DNA of 64,000 nucleotides from Verrucomicrobiota bacterium. Lineage in GTDB: Bacteria; Verrucomicrobiota; Verrucomicrobiia; Methylacidiphilales; UBA1321. A program made the translations under genes and the position numbers. The stretch covers positions 5,874 to 69,873 of the forward strand of contig JABDGH010000004.1 of NCBI GenBank assembly GCA_013286145.1, given 5' to 3'. A model generated the notes under the pieces. It was given only the letters and a program-made list of their open reading frames with translations. It did not search any database and was not told the DNA's origin. Of this stretch, positions 28,990 to 37,784 are shown piece by piece. The number at the start of each line of letters is the position of its first letter. Within the stretch, counting starts at the first letter, position 1.

Positions 28990-29599
28990 AAACAAGCGAC
29001 CACTTGATGCTTTGCTCCCGAAGACCCGCCAGGGGATTTTGGCGGCTACGCTCGTGCAACCCGCGAAGGCTTGGTACGTTTCGGAATTGGCACGTCGGCT
29101 GGGCGTACCGTCCTCCAGCCTGCAACGCGAGTTGCAGAATCTCTCCGAAGCGAGAATCCTGAAGACACACCAACAGGGACGGATGGTTTATTATCAAGCC
29201 AATGTGGACTCGCCACTCTTTTCTGACCTGCGCGGCTTGATGTTGAAAACGGCCGGACTCGTGGATGTCTTGGTGGACACCTTGAAGCCCCTGGCGTCAA
29301 AGCTACGGGTTGCCTTTGTTTACGGATCTATCGCCAACGGCAGTGAGCAAAGTGACAGCGACATCGACCTGATGGTGGTCGGCACCGTGTCACCGATGGA
29401 GCTTGTGGTACCATTTCGTCACGCGCACGAGCTTCTTGGCCGGGCAATCAATCCGACTGTCTACACCCCGGCGGAATTCGAGAAGAAGCAAAAAGCGAAA
29501 GATCATTTCCTGACGCGGGTATTGGACAAGCCAAAGCTGTTTGTGATAGGTAATCAGGATGAGTTGGGCAAAATTGCTGGGCCGGTACGTCACGGCTGA
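28985..29599 (+). CDS. wHTH + minimal nucleotidyltransferase (MNT) antitoxin
   Basis: N-terminal HTH VSELARRLGV..SSLQRELQ; GS-X10-DID motif (YGSIANGSEQSDSDIDL). Confidence 0.88.
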   Translation: MRNKRPLDALLPKTRQGILAATLVQPAKAWYVSELARRLGVPSSSLQRELQNLSEARILKTHQQGRMVYYQANVDSPLFSDLRGLMLKTAGLVDVLVDTLKPLASKLRVAFVYGSIANGSEQSDSDIDLMVVGTVSPMELVVPFRHAHELLGRAINPTVYTPAEFEKKQKAKDHFLTRVLDKPKLFVIGNQDELGKIAGPVRHG

Positions 29600-29993
29600 G
29601 CCCACCAGCAAGGCGGAGTTGGACAATTTGCGCTCGATAGTGACTCGGAGTCTGCAAGATGCCGTCGCGGCTGGCCTGTCAGCGGATGCACGATTCGTCA
29701 TGGCCTACGATGCCGCACGGACATTGTCGCTGATACTTGTCCGGTCAGAAGGCTACCGACCAAAATCGCTCGGAGGCCATTACAACACGTTTTTGGCCCT
29801 ACAAGAGGCCGATCCGACCTTTACGACGCTATCGACCTATTTTGATGGCTGCCGGATGAAGCGCAACGGATGCGAATACGATTTCGCGGGTGGCGTGAGC
29901 GACACCGATGCTGATGGATTGCTCAAGGCAGTCCAACAATTCAATATTGATGTTGAGGCTTGGATGAAGGCTCGTCACCCGACTCTCATCTAA
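29559..29993 (+). CDS. HEPN-domain protein (putative toxin partner)
   Basis: Predicted all-alpha 144 aa; AYDAAR, GYRP...GGH, RMKRNGCEYD; overlaps the MNT gene. Confidence 0.75.
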   Translation: MSWAKLLGRYVTAEPTSKAELDNLRSIVTRSLQDAVAAGLSADARFVMAYDAARTLSLILVRSEGYRPKSLGGHYNTFLALQEADPTFTTLSTYFDGCRMKRNGCEYDFAGGVSDTDADGLLKAVQQFNIDVEAWMKARHPTLI

Positions 29994-30063
29994 CGGTTTC
30001 GAGTCCCGTTGGTCGCCCAGCTTCTTTTATCTCTGAAGGAGTTTGCAGCCTCAAAATTGTTGG
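29994..30063 (+). repeat. Direct repeat of the tRNA-His 3' end plus downstream flank (att-like)
   Basis: CGGTTTCGAGTCCCGTTGGTCGCCC..CTTCTTTTATCTCT..TCAAAATTGT aligns with 26480-26547 CGGGTTCGAGTCCCGTCGGTCGCCC..CCTCTTTTACCTCT..TCAAAAGTGT. Confidence 0.85.
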
Positions 30064-30435
30064 AAGTCATGGCCATTTTGAATTAATTGCACTGGTCATG
30101 TGGAAGGCTCCTCTCAACCTTTATTTATTATTTGAGTTTGTGCAGTTTTGAGATTGCACGAAGAAGACCCATAGCTTCGATGTCTTGAACGAGGGAATAT
30201 AAAACCTCAAGCCACCATGATGCCCTTGAGACAAGCATCTTTAGTCCTTGGTATGACCGATCTTGCTGGCAATAGATGTCTATAAAATGCCAAGAAAAGC
30301 TAAGCTTAATTCATTGTGAATTTAATACTGAACCTCATAATCACGCACAGGAGATGGCATAAAATGCTCATGCTAGATAATCTATAATAAGTCGGGGCTG
30401 AAGATATACGTAGCTATTATCATGGTGTAGTCCGT

Positions 30436-31302
30436 ATGATAAAGAATGGTTGGATTGAAAAAGTTGTCGAAGACCCTTTTATTTTGAAACAAAATTTAAG
30501 CAACAAATTCCACCAAGTCGTTATTCGGCAGGAAGGTCGCTTGCGTTGGGTTCTGTTTCTGCTGCTGGGTACGCTGATTAGCCTTGGCGTGGTTGCATGC
30601 GCCAGCATGGGGGGAACACAGATGGTGGCCCCTCCGCAAATTCCTGGAGCCACTTTTGTTGGCTCAGAGGCATGCGAAACCTGCCATCAAGAAATCGCTC
30701 ATAGTTTTCATACGGCGACCCACTTTCATTTGAAGGCACCGGGCGATAACGCCAAGAATATCGGATGTGAATCGTGTCACGGTCCCGGCAGCCTGCACGT
30801 TCAATCAGGCGGCGGCCCCAACACCATCGTTAACCCGCGCAAATCGCCTGAGACCTGTTTCCAATGTCATTTGGACAAGAAGGGGCAATTCAATCTGCCG
30901 TCGCATCATCCTGTTCTCGAAGGCAAGATAAGTTGCGTCGATTGCCACAATCCGCACAAAGACTCCGTGATTAAAGGTGGCGGAACGGAACTCATGTCGC
31001 CTAACGAAGTGTGCACCAAGTGCCACACGGCACAGCAGGGGCCATTCATGTTTCAGCATGAGGCGATGCGCGAAGGTTGCACCACATGCCATAACCCACA
31101 TGGCAGCGTTAATGCGCGCTTGTTGATTGCGCGCAACCAGACGCTGTGTCTGCGTTGCCATTTCCAAAAGCAGATAGCCACGGGCGCCGTCTTTATCGGC
31201 AATGTCAATCACACCACGTTTTTAAGCCGCGGCACCTGCTGGAGCGCGGGGTGTCATGAAGCCATTCATGGCTCACAAGTCAGTCCACATTTGCGTTTTT
31301 AG
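30436..31302 (+). CDS. Octaheme c-type cytochrome, DmsE/MtrA-like, possible lipoprotein; start uncertain
   Basis: CETCH, CESCH, CFQCH, CVDCH, CTKCH, CTTCH, CLRCH plus CWSAGCH (CX4CH); CH.PH(GS) repeats; lipobox-like VVAC. Confidence 0.9.
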   Translation: MIKNGWIEKVVEDPFILKQNLSNKFHQVVIRQEGRLRWVLFLLLGTLISLGVVACASMGGTQMVAPPQIPGATFVGSEACETCHQEIAHSFHTATHFHLKAPGDNAKNIGCESCHGPGSLHVQSGGGPNTIVNPRKSPETCFQCHLDKKGQFNLPSHHPVLEGKISCVDCHNPHKDSVIKGGGTELMSPNEVCTKCHTAQQGPFMFQHEAMREGCTTCHNPHGSVNARLLIARNQTLCLRCHFQKQIATGAVFIGNVNHTTFLSRGTCWSAGCHEAIHGSQVSPHLRF

Positions 31303-31324
31303 TTAACCACACCCGGAAAAATTT

Positions 31325-33502
31325 GTGAAAACACCCTTCAAACTTCACAATACATTCCGGTATCTGGCGATAACCGTTGGCTTGGTCTTTGTGCTCACGC
31401 CGCCAAGCGTAACGGCTGCTCCAGCGCTGGAAGGATCTCCCGCAGGAACAGCTTCAACACCTCCGGCAGCATCTTCAGCGGCACCCGCCGCAAAAACGGA
31501 TGCTCCAGTTCCGGCGAGCACAACAGATTCTGCCAGCTCTTCGGCTGATCTCACCAATTGGGTGACCTTCGGAGTGGGCGGCACTTTTGTTAATGGCGAC
31601 AAGGGACAATTCAAGCATCAACATGACACCACCACCGGGCCGTTTGGAGGCTTGGAGGATTTCCATGGGCAGATACTCGTGGGAAAAGATGGAACATTCA
31701 CGGCCGATGGCCACGGAATATTCGGCAACCATGATTACGACCTTAAGCTGGATTTAACGGACGAGAAACTGGGCTATGTCCGCGCTGGTTTCACCGAATA
31801 TCGCACCTGGTATGACGGTACGGGTGGATTTTACCCTCTAAACAGTCTTTCATTTCAGCCCTACGACAACGAACTCTACATCGACCGCCGCAATGCGTGG
31901 GTTGAAGCCGGGCTGACTTTGCCAGACTTGCCGGTTTTCACTTTCCGTTACGAATACAATTCCCGCGAGGGACAGATGGATTCGACTTCGTGGGGCCAGA
32001 CCACCCTGATTCCCGGCGGAACCCAAACTAGGATCGTGCCAAGCTTCCAGGGAATTGATGAGACGCGCCACATCTTCATGGCCGACGTAAAAGACAAGAT
32101 AGACAGCACCAATGCCGACCTTGGAGTGCGCTACGAAATTGATCGCAGCGATGATTCGACCTATTTGAATCAATCTCCCAACCAGGCTGCGCACGCTTTT
32201 ATAACGCAACGCAATTTCGAGAAGAACGATTTATTCACCGTCCACGGTTCCACTGAGACAGCCTTCGATAAGATGGTCACCTACTCGACTGGTTTTTCCG
32301 TGACCACAATGGATACCGAAATGTCTGGTAACCGGATTTATGGGCCCGCTTTCAACACGCCACTTTCCACCACTTTTGTTAATAATGGTTCAGGCTTCGT
32401 CAACCTTAATGGCGGCGGTAATACGAAGGACTATGTTGGCAATATGAATTTGATGCTGACGCCCATCAAGGACTTGGTTTTTGTTCCGGCCGTACGCTTT
32501 GAATATGAGGGCAGCAGCCTTACGGATAGTTTCAATAACACCAGTGGTCATGGAGGAACTTTCGCTTCAGTCAGTGAATCTGCCAATATGAACAACTGGT
32601 ATATGGACGTAACGGAAAGCCTGGAGGCCCGCTACACTGGTTTGCGCGATTGGTCTTTCTATGCGGGCGTTGAAAGTTCGGAGGACTGGGGCAACCAGTC
32701 ATGGAACTCAAATCCGGTTCTTAATCAGGTTAATTTCGATCAAGACTGGAGTAGGCTGGGGTTGAAATTTACCTTCGGTGCCAACTGGTACCCCCTTCCT
32801 CAGTTGAATTTTGGGACGCAATATTATCACGAGCTTCACGATTACAATTACACCAATAATCTGAATCCTACGTTGGTTCAGTATCCAGGCTATCTGTGGA
32901 AGCAAAATTTCTCGACGGATGATATGAATATTCGCGCCACCTGGCAGGCCTTGAGCACCCTGTCGCTGATCACGCGCTATGATCTCCAGTTTTCGACTGT
33001 CGATACCTGGGGACTTCCGAATGGTGGGACGCAAGTTGGGGGAGTCGAAAGCGCCACTATCATCAATCATGTTATCAATGAAAGCGCCACATGGACACCG
33101 TTGGCCTGCTTATACCTGCAGCTAGGTGGCAGCTACGTGTTGAACACCCTGGAGACGCCAGTGGCCGGTTCGGCGGGCATCAACAATCTCGTTCTCAACG
33201 GCTCGAATAATTATTGGACCGTGGACGCCAGTGCCGGATATGAATTTAACGAAAAGACCCATCTCCAGTTACAATACTCCTATTATAACGCCGAGAATTA
33301 TGTGAACAATGCGCCCACCAGCCTGCCTTTCGGTGCCGGTGCGCAGGAAAACAGTGTCACTGCCACTCTTACGCGACAACTGAGCAAAGAAGTTCAAGTC
33401 AGCTTGAAATACGGTTTTTACCGCAACCGCGATCAAACTTCTGGTGGACAAAACAATTATGACGCGCAGCTTGTTTATATGAGCACGCAGCTCCGATTCT
33501 AA
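31325..33502 (+). CDS. Outer-membrane beta-barrel porin (MtrB/PioB-like position)
   Basis: Signal peptide, Ala/Ser/Pro linker, many amphipathic beta strands, C-terminal YMSTQLRF; directly follows the multiheme gene. Confidence 0.82.
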   Translation: MKTPFKLHNTFRYLAITVGLVFVLTPPSVTAAPALEGSPAGTASTPPAASSAAPAAKTDAPVPASTTDSASSSADLTNWVTFGVGGTFVNGDKGQFKHQHDTTTGPFGGLEDFHGQILVGKDGTFTADGHGIFGNHDYDLKLDLTDEKLGYVRAGFTEYRTWYDGTGGFYPLNSLSFQPYDNELYIDRRNAWVEAGLTLPDLPVFTFRYEYNSREGQMDSTSWGQTTLIPGGTQTRIVPSFQGIDETRHIFMADVKDKIDSTNADLGVRYEIDRSDDSTYLNQSPNQAAHAFITQRNFEKNDLFTVHGSTETAFDKMVTYSTGFSVTTMDTEMSGNRIYGPAFNTPLSTTFVNNGSGFVNLNGGGNTKDYVGNMNLMLTPIKDLVFVPAVRFEYEGSSLTDSFNNTSGHGGTFASVSESANMNNWYMDVTESLEARYTGLRDWSFYAGVESSEDWGNQSWNSNPVLNQVNFDQDWSRLGLKFTFGANWYPLPQLNFGTQYYHELHDYNYTNNLNPTLVQYPGYLWKQNFSTDDMNIRATWQALSTLSLITRYDLQFSTVDTWGLPNGGTQVGGVESATIINHVINESATWTPLACLYLQLGGSYVLNTLETPVAGSAGINNLVLNGSNNYWTVDASAGYEFNEKTHLQLQYSYYNAENYVNNAPTSLPFGAGAQENSVTATLTRQLSKEVQVSLKYGFYRNRDQTSGGQNNYDAQLVYMSTQLRF

Positions 33503-33561
33503 AAGATTCCCTGAAAACGGGTTGGTTCGATAAAAATGCAATGCCTTCCAAACACACACTT

Positions 33562-33885
33562 ATGAAAACAAAATACTCATCTAGAATAACCGTCTGTACG
33601 TTACTATTGATCTGCCTGGCTGGTTGGTCCACCCGGGCTACAGCAGATGCATGGGGCACTAATTGCGCCGCCTGTCACGGAAAGGATGGCAAAGGAGCCA
33701 CCATGATGGGGCGCAAGCTGGGCATCAAAGACTTAAGTAAAGCCTCCTTGACCGATGCGCAAATTACCAAAGTCATCAAAGAAGGAGTCACTGAAAACGG
33801 CACGGAAAAAATGAAGGCATTCGCCGACAAGCTCAGCGCTGACGATATCAAAGCTTTGGTGGCGCAAGTTCATTCCTTCAAATAA
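33562..33885 (+). CDS. Periplasmic monoheme class I cytochrome c
   Basis: Signal peptide, CAACHGKDG, distal-ligand segment KMKAF..KLS.DDI. Confidence 0.92.
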   Translation: MKTKYSSRITVCTLLLICLAGWSTRATADAWGTNCAACHGKDGKGATMMGRKLGIKDLSKASLTDAQITKVIKEGVTENGTEKMKAFADKLSADDIKALVAQVHSFK

Positions 33886-33956
33886 ATATTGCGGAACATT
33901 TTTCAAATTCGGCCCATGGGCGAAGCAAAAATGTGATGCCCTGAATAAATCGCTCA

Positions 33957-35432
33957 ATGAGTTCCCCGGAGCCGAACGAAAATACCGCGCCAACCCGCTT
34001 TCCCAAGCTGCTCCAAAACTGGATCAGCCTCATCGGCGCGGTATTCGCGATGGGCAGCATTTTTGCCTTCCTGCTGCTCTTTGCCATTGAGCTGTTCCTG
34101 CCCCACAGCAATCCCTACATGGGGATTCTGGTTTATGTAGTCGCGCCCCTCTGCTTTTTTGCCGGGCTGCTCCTGATTTTCGTCGGCCTATGGGCACAGC
34201 GATACGAAAAAGTTTCCCCACGACTTCACATCGACCTGACGCGTCCGCGTGATCGCAGATTGCTGGTTGGATTCGCCCTGTGCGCGTTGCTTTTTTTGCT
34301 GGCGACAGCATTTGGCAGTTATCAAACCTACCAATATACCGATTCCGTCCAGTTTTGTGGCACATCGTGCCACGTTCCCATGCATCCGGAATATACGGCA
34401 TATCTACATTCGCCCCACGCACGCGTCGCCTGCGTCGATTGTCACGTCGGGGCTGGCGCCGAATGGTACGTGCGGAGCAAGCTCAATGGCGTTCACCAGC
34501 TGGTTGACGTGGTGACGGGCAACATTCCACGCCCCATTGAAACACCGGTTAAAAATATGCGTCCTGCGCGGGACACCTGCGAACAATGCCATTGGCCGGA
34601 AAGATTTATCGGCAGTATTGATCGCACCTACTATCACTACCTCTCCGACGCAACCAATACGCCATTTGCCGTGCGGCTCTTGTTGAAGGTTGGCGGCGGC
34701 GGCGACAATGGCCCTCCCAGCGGCATCCACTGGCACGTCAGCCAGGGCGAAAAAGTCGAATACATTGCCACTGACGCACAACGGCAGGTCATCCCGTGGG
34801 TGCGAGTCACCAATATTGCGACGGGAAATACCACGGTCTACCGGGACAAAAAATTTCACGATGACCCGGCTAAATTTGAGATACGCACCATGGACTGCAT
34901 GGACTGCCACAGCCAGCCATCGCATCGTTTTCTTTCCCCCAATGAAGCCACCGATACGGCCATTACCGCCGGCCTGATCGACCATTCGGTGCCCTCGGTG
35001 AAAGCCAATGTCGTGGCAGCGCTGATCGCGCCCTACCAGACCACCGATGAGGCGATGCAAAAAATCGCATCCAACCTGCATACCGCTTATCCGCAGTTGG
35101 CGAGCGTTGACGGACTTGTTGCCGAGACCCAGCAACTTTATCGCGATAACTTTTTCCCGGAAATGAAGACCGATTGGCGTACGCACCCCGACAACATCGG
35201 CCATAAGATCTCGGCTGGCTGTTTCCGTTGCCACGACGGCAATCACAAAACCGATGATGGAAAAAAGATGATTCCCGCTGACAATTGTAATCAGTGCCAC
35301 ACCATTCTCGCGCAAGGCAGTGGTGACCAATTGAAGCAACTTAACACCGACGGGACCGATTTTGTCCATATTGACGCGCCCTATCTGGAATTCTCCTGTA
35401 TCAATTGCCATACTGGAGCCGTTTCAAAATGA
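33957..35432 (+). CDS. Inner-membrane heptaheme NapC/NirT-family cytochrome (ImcH-like quinol oxidoreductase)
   Basis: 3 N-terminal TMs; FCGTSCH (CX3CH) followed by VPM, plus CVDCH, CEQCH, CMDCH, CFRCH, CNQCH, CINCH. Confidence 0.88.
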   Translation: MSSPEPNENTAPTRFPKLLQNWISLIGAVFAMGSIFAFLLLFAIELFLPHSNPYMGILVYVVAPLCFFAGLLLIFVGLWAQRYEKVSPRLHIDLTRPRDRRLLVGFALCALLFLLATAFGSYQTYQYTDSVQFCGTSCHVPMHPEYTAYLHSPHARVACVDCHVGAGAEWYVRSKLNGVHQLVDVVTGNIPRPIETPVKNMRPARDTCEQCHWPERFIGSIDRTYYHYLSDATNTPFAVRLLLKVGGGGDNGPPSGIHWHVSQGEKVEYIATDAQRQVIPWVRVTNIATGNTTVYRDKKFHDDPAKFEIRTMDCMDCHSQPSHRFLSPNEATDTAITAGLIDHSVPSVKANVVAALIAPYQTTDEAMQKIASNLHTAYPQLASVDGLVAETQQLYRDNFFPEMKTDWRTHPDNIGHKISAGCFRCHDGNHKTDDGKKMIPADNCNQCHTILAQGSGDQLKQLNTDGTDFVHIDAPYLEFSCINCHTGAVSK

Positions 35433-36532
35433 GAGAGACAAAACTTTGGCATTTGGCGGCAGGCCTCATTTTAATTTCAGCGCTTGCGGGTTGTAAACGT
35501 GACGAAGCCAGGGTTTATCACGTCCCGAAGGAAGACTCTTCGCCATCGCAAGCCGCACCAGTCGCAACACCCGAAGTGGCACAGCCGGGAATGGACTCTC
35601 CACCACCCAGCGCAATATCCATCCCGCAACTTAAATATCGATTACCCGATGGCTGGCAGGAAAAACCGCTGAGTGAAATGCGTGTCGCCAGCTTCGCAGT
35701 CGTCGGCCCCAAGGGGCAATCTGCGGATGTGTCGGCCATTCCTCTGCCCATCGTCGGACGTGACCTGGAATTGGTCAACATGTGGCGCTCGCAGGTGCAA
35801 TTGCCAGCCACGTCCGATCCAAATGCCATCAAACAGGCTGAGTCGATTGCCATTGGTACGGAACAGGGGCGACTTTTCAACTTCGTCAGCGAACAGCCAA
35901 TGATCGGAAAATTCCAACAACGGATTCTGGTGGCGATGTTGACGCGTGGCACGATGAGCTGGTTTTTCAAAATGAGCGGTGAGGATGTTTTCGTCATCTC
36001 GCAAAAAGAAAAATTCCTCCAATTTTTAAAATCCGTTTCGTTTGTGGAAAATGCACCGGCACAAATGGCCGCCGCTCCGGTAACCCAAGGCGGAAATGCA
36101 GATTCAATCTGGACAGTTCCATCCGGTTGGCAATCGATGCCGCCCGCGCAATTTCTTCTCGCTGAATTTTCCATTTCCGGCACAAACGGCGCGAAGGCGG
36201 AGGTAAACGTGGCCGCGATGGGCGGTGAAGGCGGCGGTTTGCTGGCGAATGTGAACCGTTGGCGCGGACAGCTCGGGCTGGGCACGGCTGGTGAAAATGA
36301 CCTGAGTCAAATCGCGCAATCGCTGGATGTGCCAGGAGGCAAGGCAACGCTGGTCGATTTCACGGGCGTGGACTCCAAAACCAGCGCACATACGCGACTC
36401 GTCGGCGTGATTGTATCACAGAATGGTCAGACATGGTTCTACAAATTGATGGGTGCCGAGCCAGTCGTGGCACAACAGAAGGATGCCTTCGTGAAATTTA
36501 TTCAGTCGGCCAATTATGCGAACGCTCGTTGA
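35429..36532 (+). CDS. Uncharacterised lipoprotein with two internal repeat domains
   Basis: Lipobox LAGC; two copies of P.GWQ..P.....A.F...G..G..A.V.....N.WR.Q..L...WF(F/Y)K..G; ATGA overlap with the upstream gene. Confidence 0.8.
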   Translation: MRETKLWHLAAGLILISALAGCKRDEARVYHVPKEDSSPSQAAPVATPEVAQPGMDSPPPSAISIPQLKYRLPDGWQEKPLSEMRVASFAVVGPKGQSADVSAIPLPIVGRDLELVNMWRSQVQLPATSDPNAIKQAESIAIGTEQGRLFNFVSEQPMIGKFQQRILVAMLTRGTMSWFFKMSGEDVFVISQKEKFLQFLKSVSFVENAPAQMAAAPVTQGGNADSIWTVPSGWQSMPPAQFLLAEFSISGTNGAKAEVNVAAMGGEGGGLLANVNRWRGQLGLGTAGENDLSQIAQSLDVPGGKATLVDFTGVDSKTSAHTRLVGVIVSQNGQTWFYKLMGAEPVVAQQKDAFVKFIQSANYANAR

Positions 36533-37784
36533 CCGGCTGATTAAAATCTTCATCTCGCTGCGACTCACGGTTGTTTTGCTGGCGTTTGCGATTTTGCTCG
36601 TATTCATCGGCACCCTGGCGCAGGTGGACGAGGGGCTTTACAACGCGCAGGCGCGCTATTTCCGCCAATGGATTATTTTTGGATTCGATTTGTTCGGCCA
36701 TAATATTCCGCTCCTCCTGCCCGGCGGCTACCTCATCGGCACGATGCTGTTGCTCAATCTCGTTGCCGCGCACCTCTATCGCTTTCAACTCAGCACAAAA
36801 AAGATCGGAATTCAGCTCGTACACTCTGGCGTCATCCTGCTTCTCGTTGGTCAACTTGCCACTGACATGCTGGCGCATGAATCGCAGATACGCTTTGTCG
36901 AAGGCGAAACGAAATCGTATGCCGAAAGCATGCGCAATTACGAACTGGCCTTCACCAGCGATTCCGGTACGGACGGTGAGGAGATTGTCGCCATTGCCGG
37001 GCATCAGCTCATGAACGGCGGCGACATCCAGAATACGAATCTTCCCTTCACCATTCATGTGAAAACTTTTTGGAAAAATTCCGAGTCATCATTCCGTGCG
37101 CCAATGATGAAAAATGAGCCGCCGCTAACGAGTAATGGCGTCGCCTCCAGTTTCGACTTCAGCCTCGCTGCCGAAACAAAAAATCCCGACGAAAAAAACG
37201 TGCCAACGGCCCTGATCGAAATCATTGGCAAGAACGGTTCACTCGGCGACTGGGTGGTTTCCGGTTGGACAAGTGATGACGAAATGGTGGATGCGTTGCG
37301 GCAAACTTACATGCAACAGTTGGGCGCCCAGATGACCCAAAAAATCATCGGTCAATTGACACAGCCGCAATCCATCGAAGCCAATGGAAAGAAATTCACT
37401 TTCGCGTTGCGGCCAGAACGGGTTTATTACCCCTTCTCGCTGGAATTGTTGAAAGCGACGCACACTGTCTATGAAGGCACGGAGATTCCAAAGGATTTCC
37501 GCAGCCGTGTCCAATTGCGCAATTCGCAGACGGGCGAGAACCGCGAAGTGGAAATCTCCATGAACCATCCCCTGCGCTATGCCGGACTGACATTTTACCA
37601 GTATCAAATGGACGCGGGCCAGGCAGCGCGCCAGGCCGGGCGCCTGTCGTCGTCAACGCTGCAAGTCGTGCACAATCCAAGCTGGCTGACACCTTACGTC
37701 GGTTGTGCGCTGGTCGCCCTCGGGCTTGTGACTCAATTCATGTTCCACCTCGTCGGCTTTCTGTCGAAAAGGAGAATGAAATGA
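36516..37784 (+). CDS. Cytochrome c biogenesis protein ResB/CcsB-like
   Basis: SLRLTVVLL..GTLAQ, GIQLVHSG (conserved His), ISMNHPLRYAGLTFYQ, C-terminal TM. Confidence 0.88.
   Translation: MRTLVDRLIKIFISLRLTVVLLAFAILLVFIGTLAQVDEGLYNAQARYFRQWIIFGFDLFGHNIPLLLPGGYLIGTMLLLNLVAAHLYRFQLSTKKIGIQLVHSGVILLLVGQLATDMLAHESQIRFVEGETKSYAESMRNYELAFTSDSGTDGEEIVAIAGHQLMNGGDIQNTNLPFTIHVKTFWKNSESSFRAPMMKNEPPLTSNGVASSFDFSLAAETKNPDEKNVPTALIEIIGKNGSLGDWVVSGWTSDDEMVDALRQTYMQQLGAQMTQKIIGQLTQPQSIEANGKKFTFALRPERVYYPFSLELLKATHTVYEGTEIPKDFRSRVQLRNSQTGENREVEISMNHPLRYAGLTFYQYQMDAGQAARQAGRLSSSTLQVVHNPSWLTPYVGCALVALGLVTQFMFHLVGFLSKRRMK

Larger units (their letters stand above)
26504..30018. mobile_element. tRNA-His-associated genomic islet 1 (no integrase)
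   Basis: Bounded by the tRNA 3' end and its direct repeat at 29994-30018; cargo is PadR + membrane protein and MNT-HEPN. Confidence 0.7.

Noticed and set aside
30354-30375. Sigma54 promoter (TGGCA...TGC) for the cytochrome cluster
   Set aside because: The GG-to-GC spacing is 8 nt, not the required 10
30313-31350. Rex-like TTGTGAA sites upstream of the octaheme and porin genes
   Set aside because: The first lacks a matching half-site, and the second has half-sites too far apart and overlaps the porin coding start
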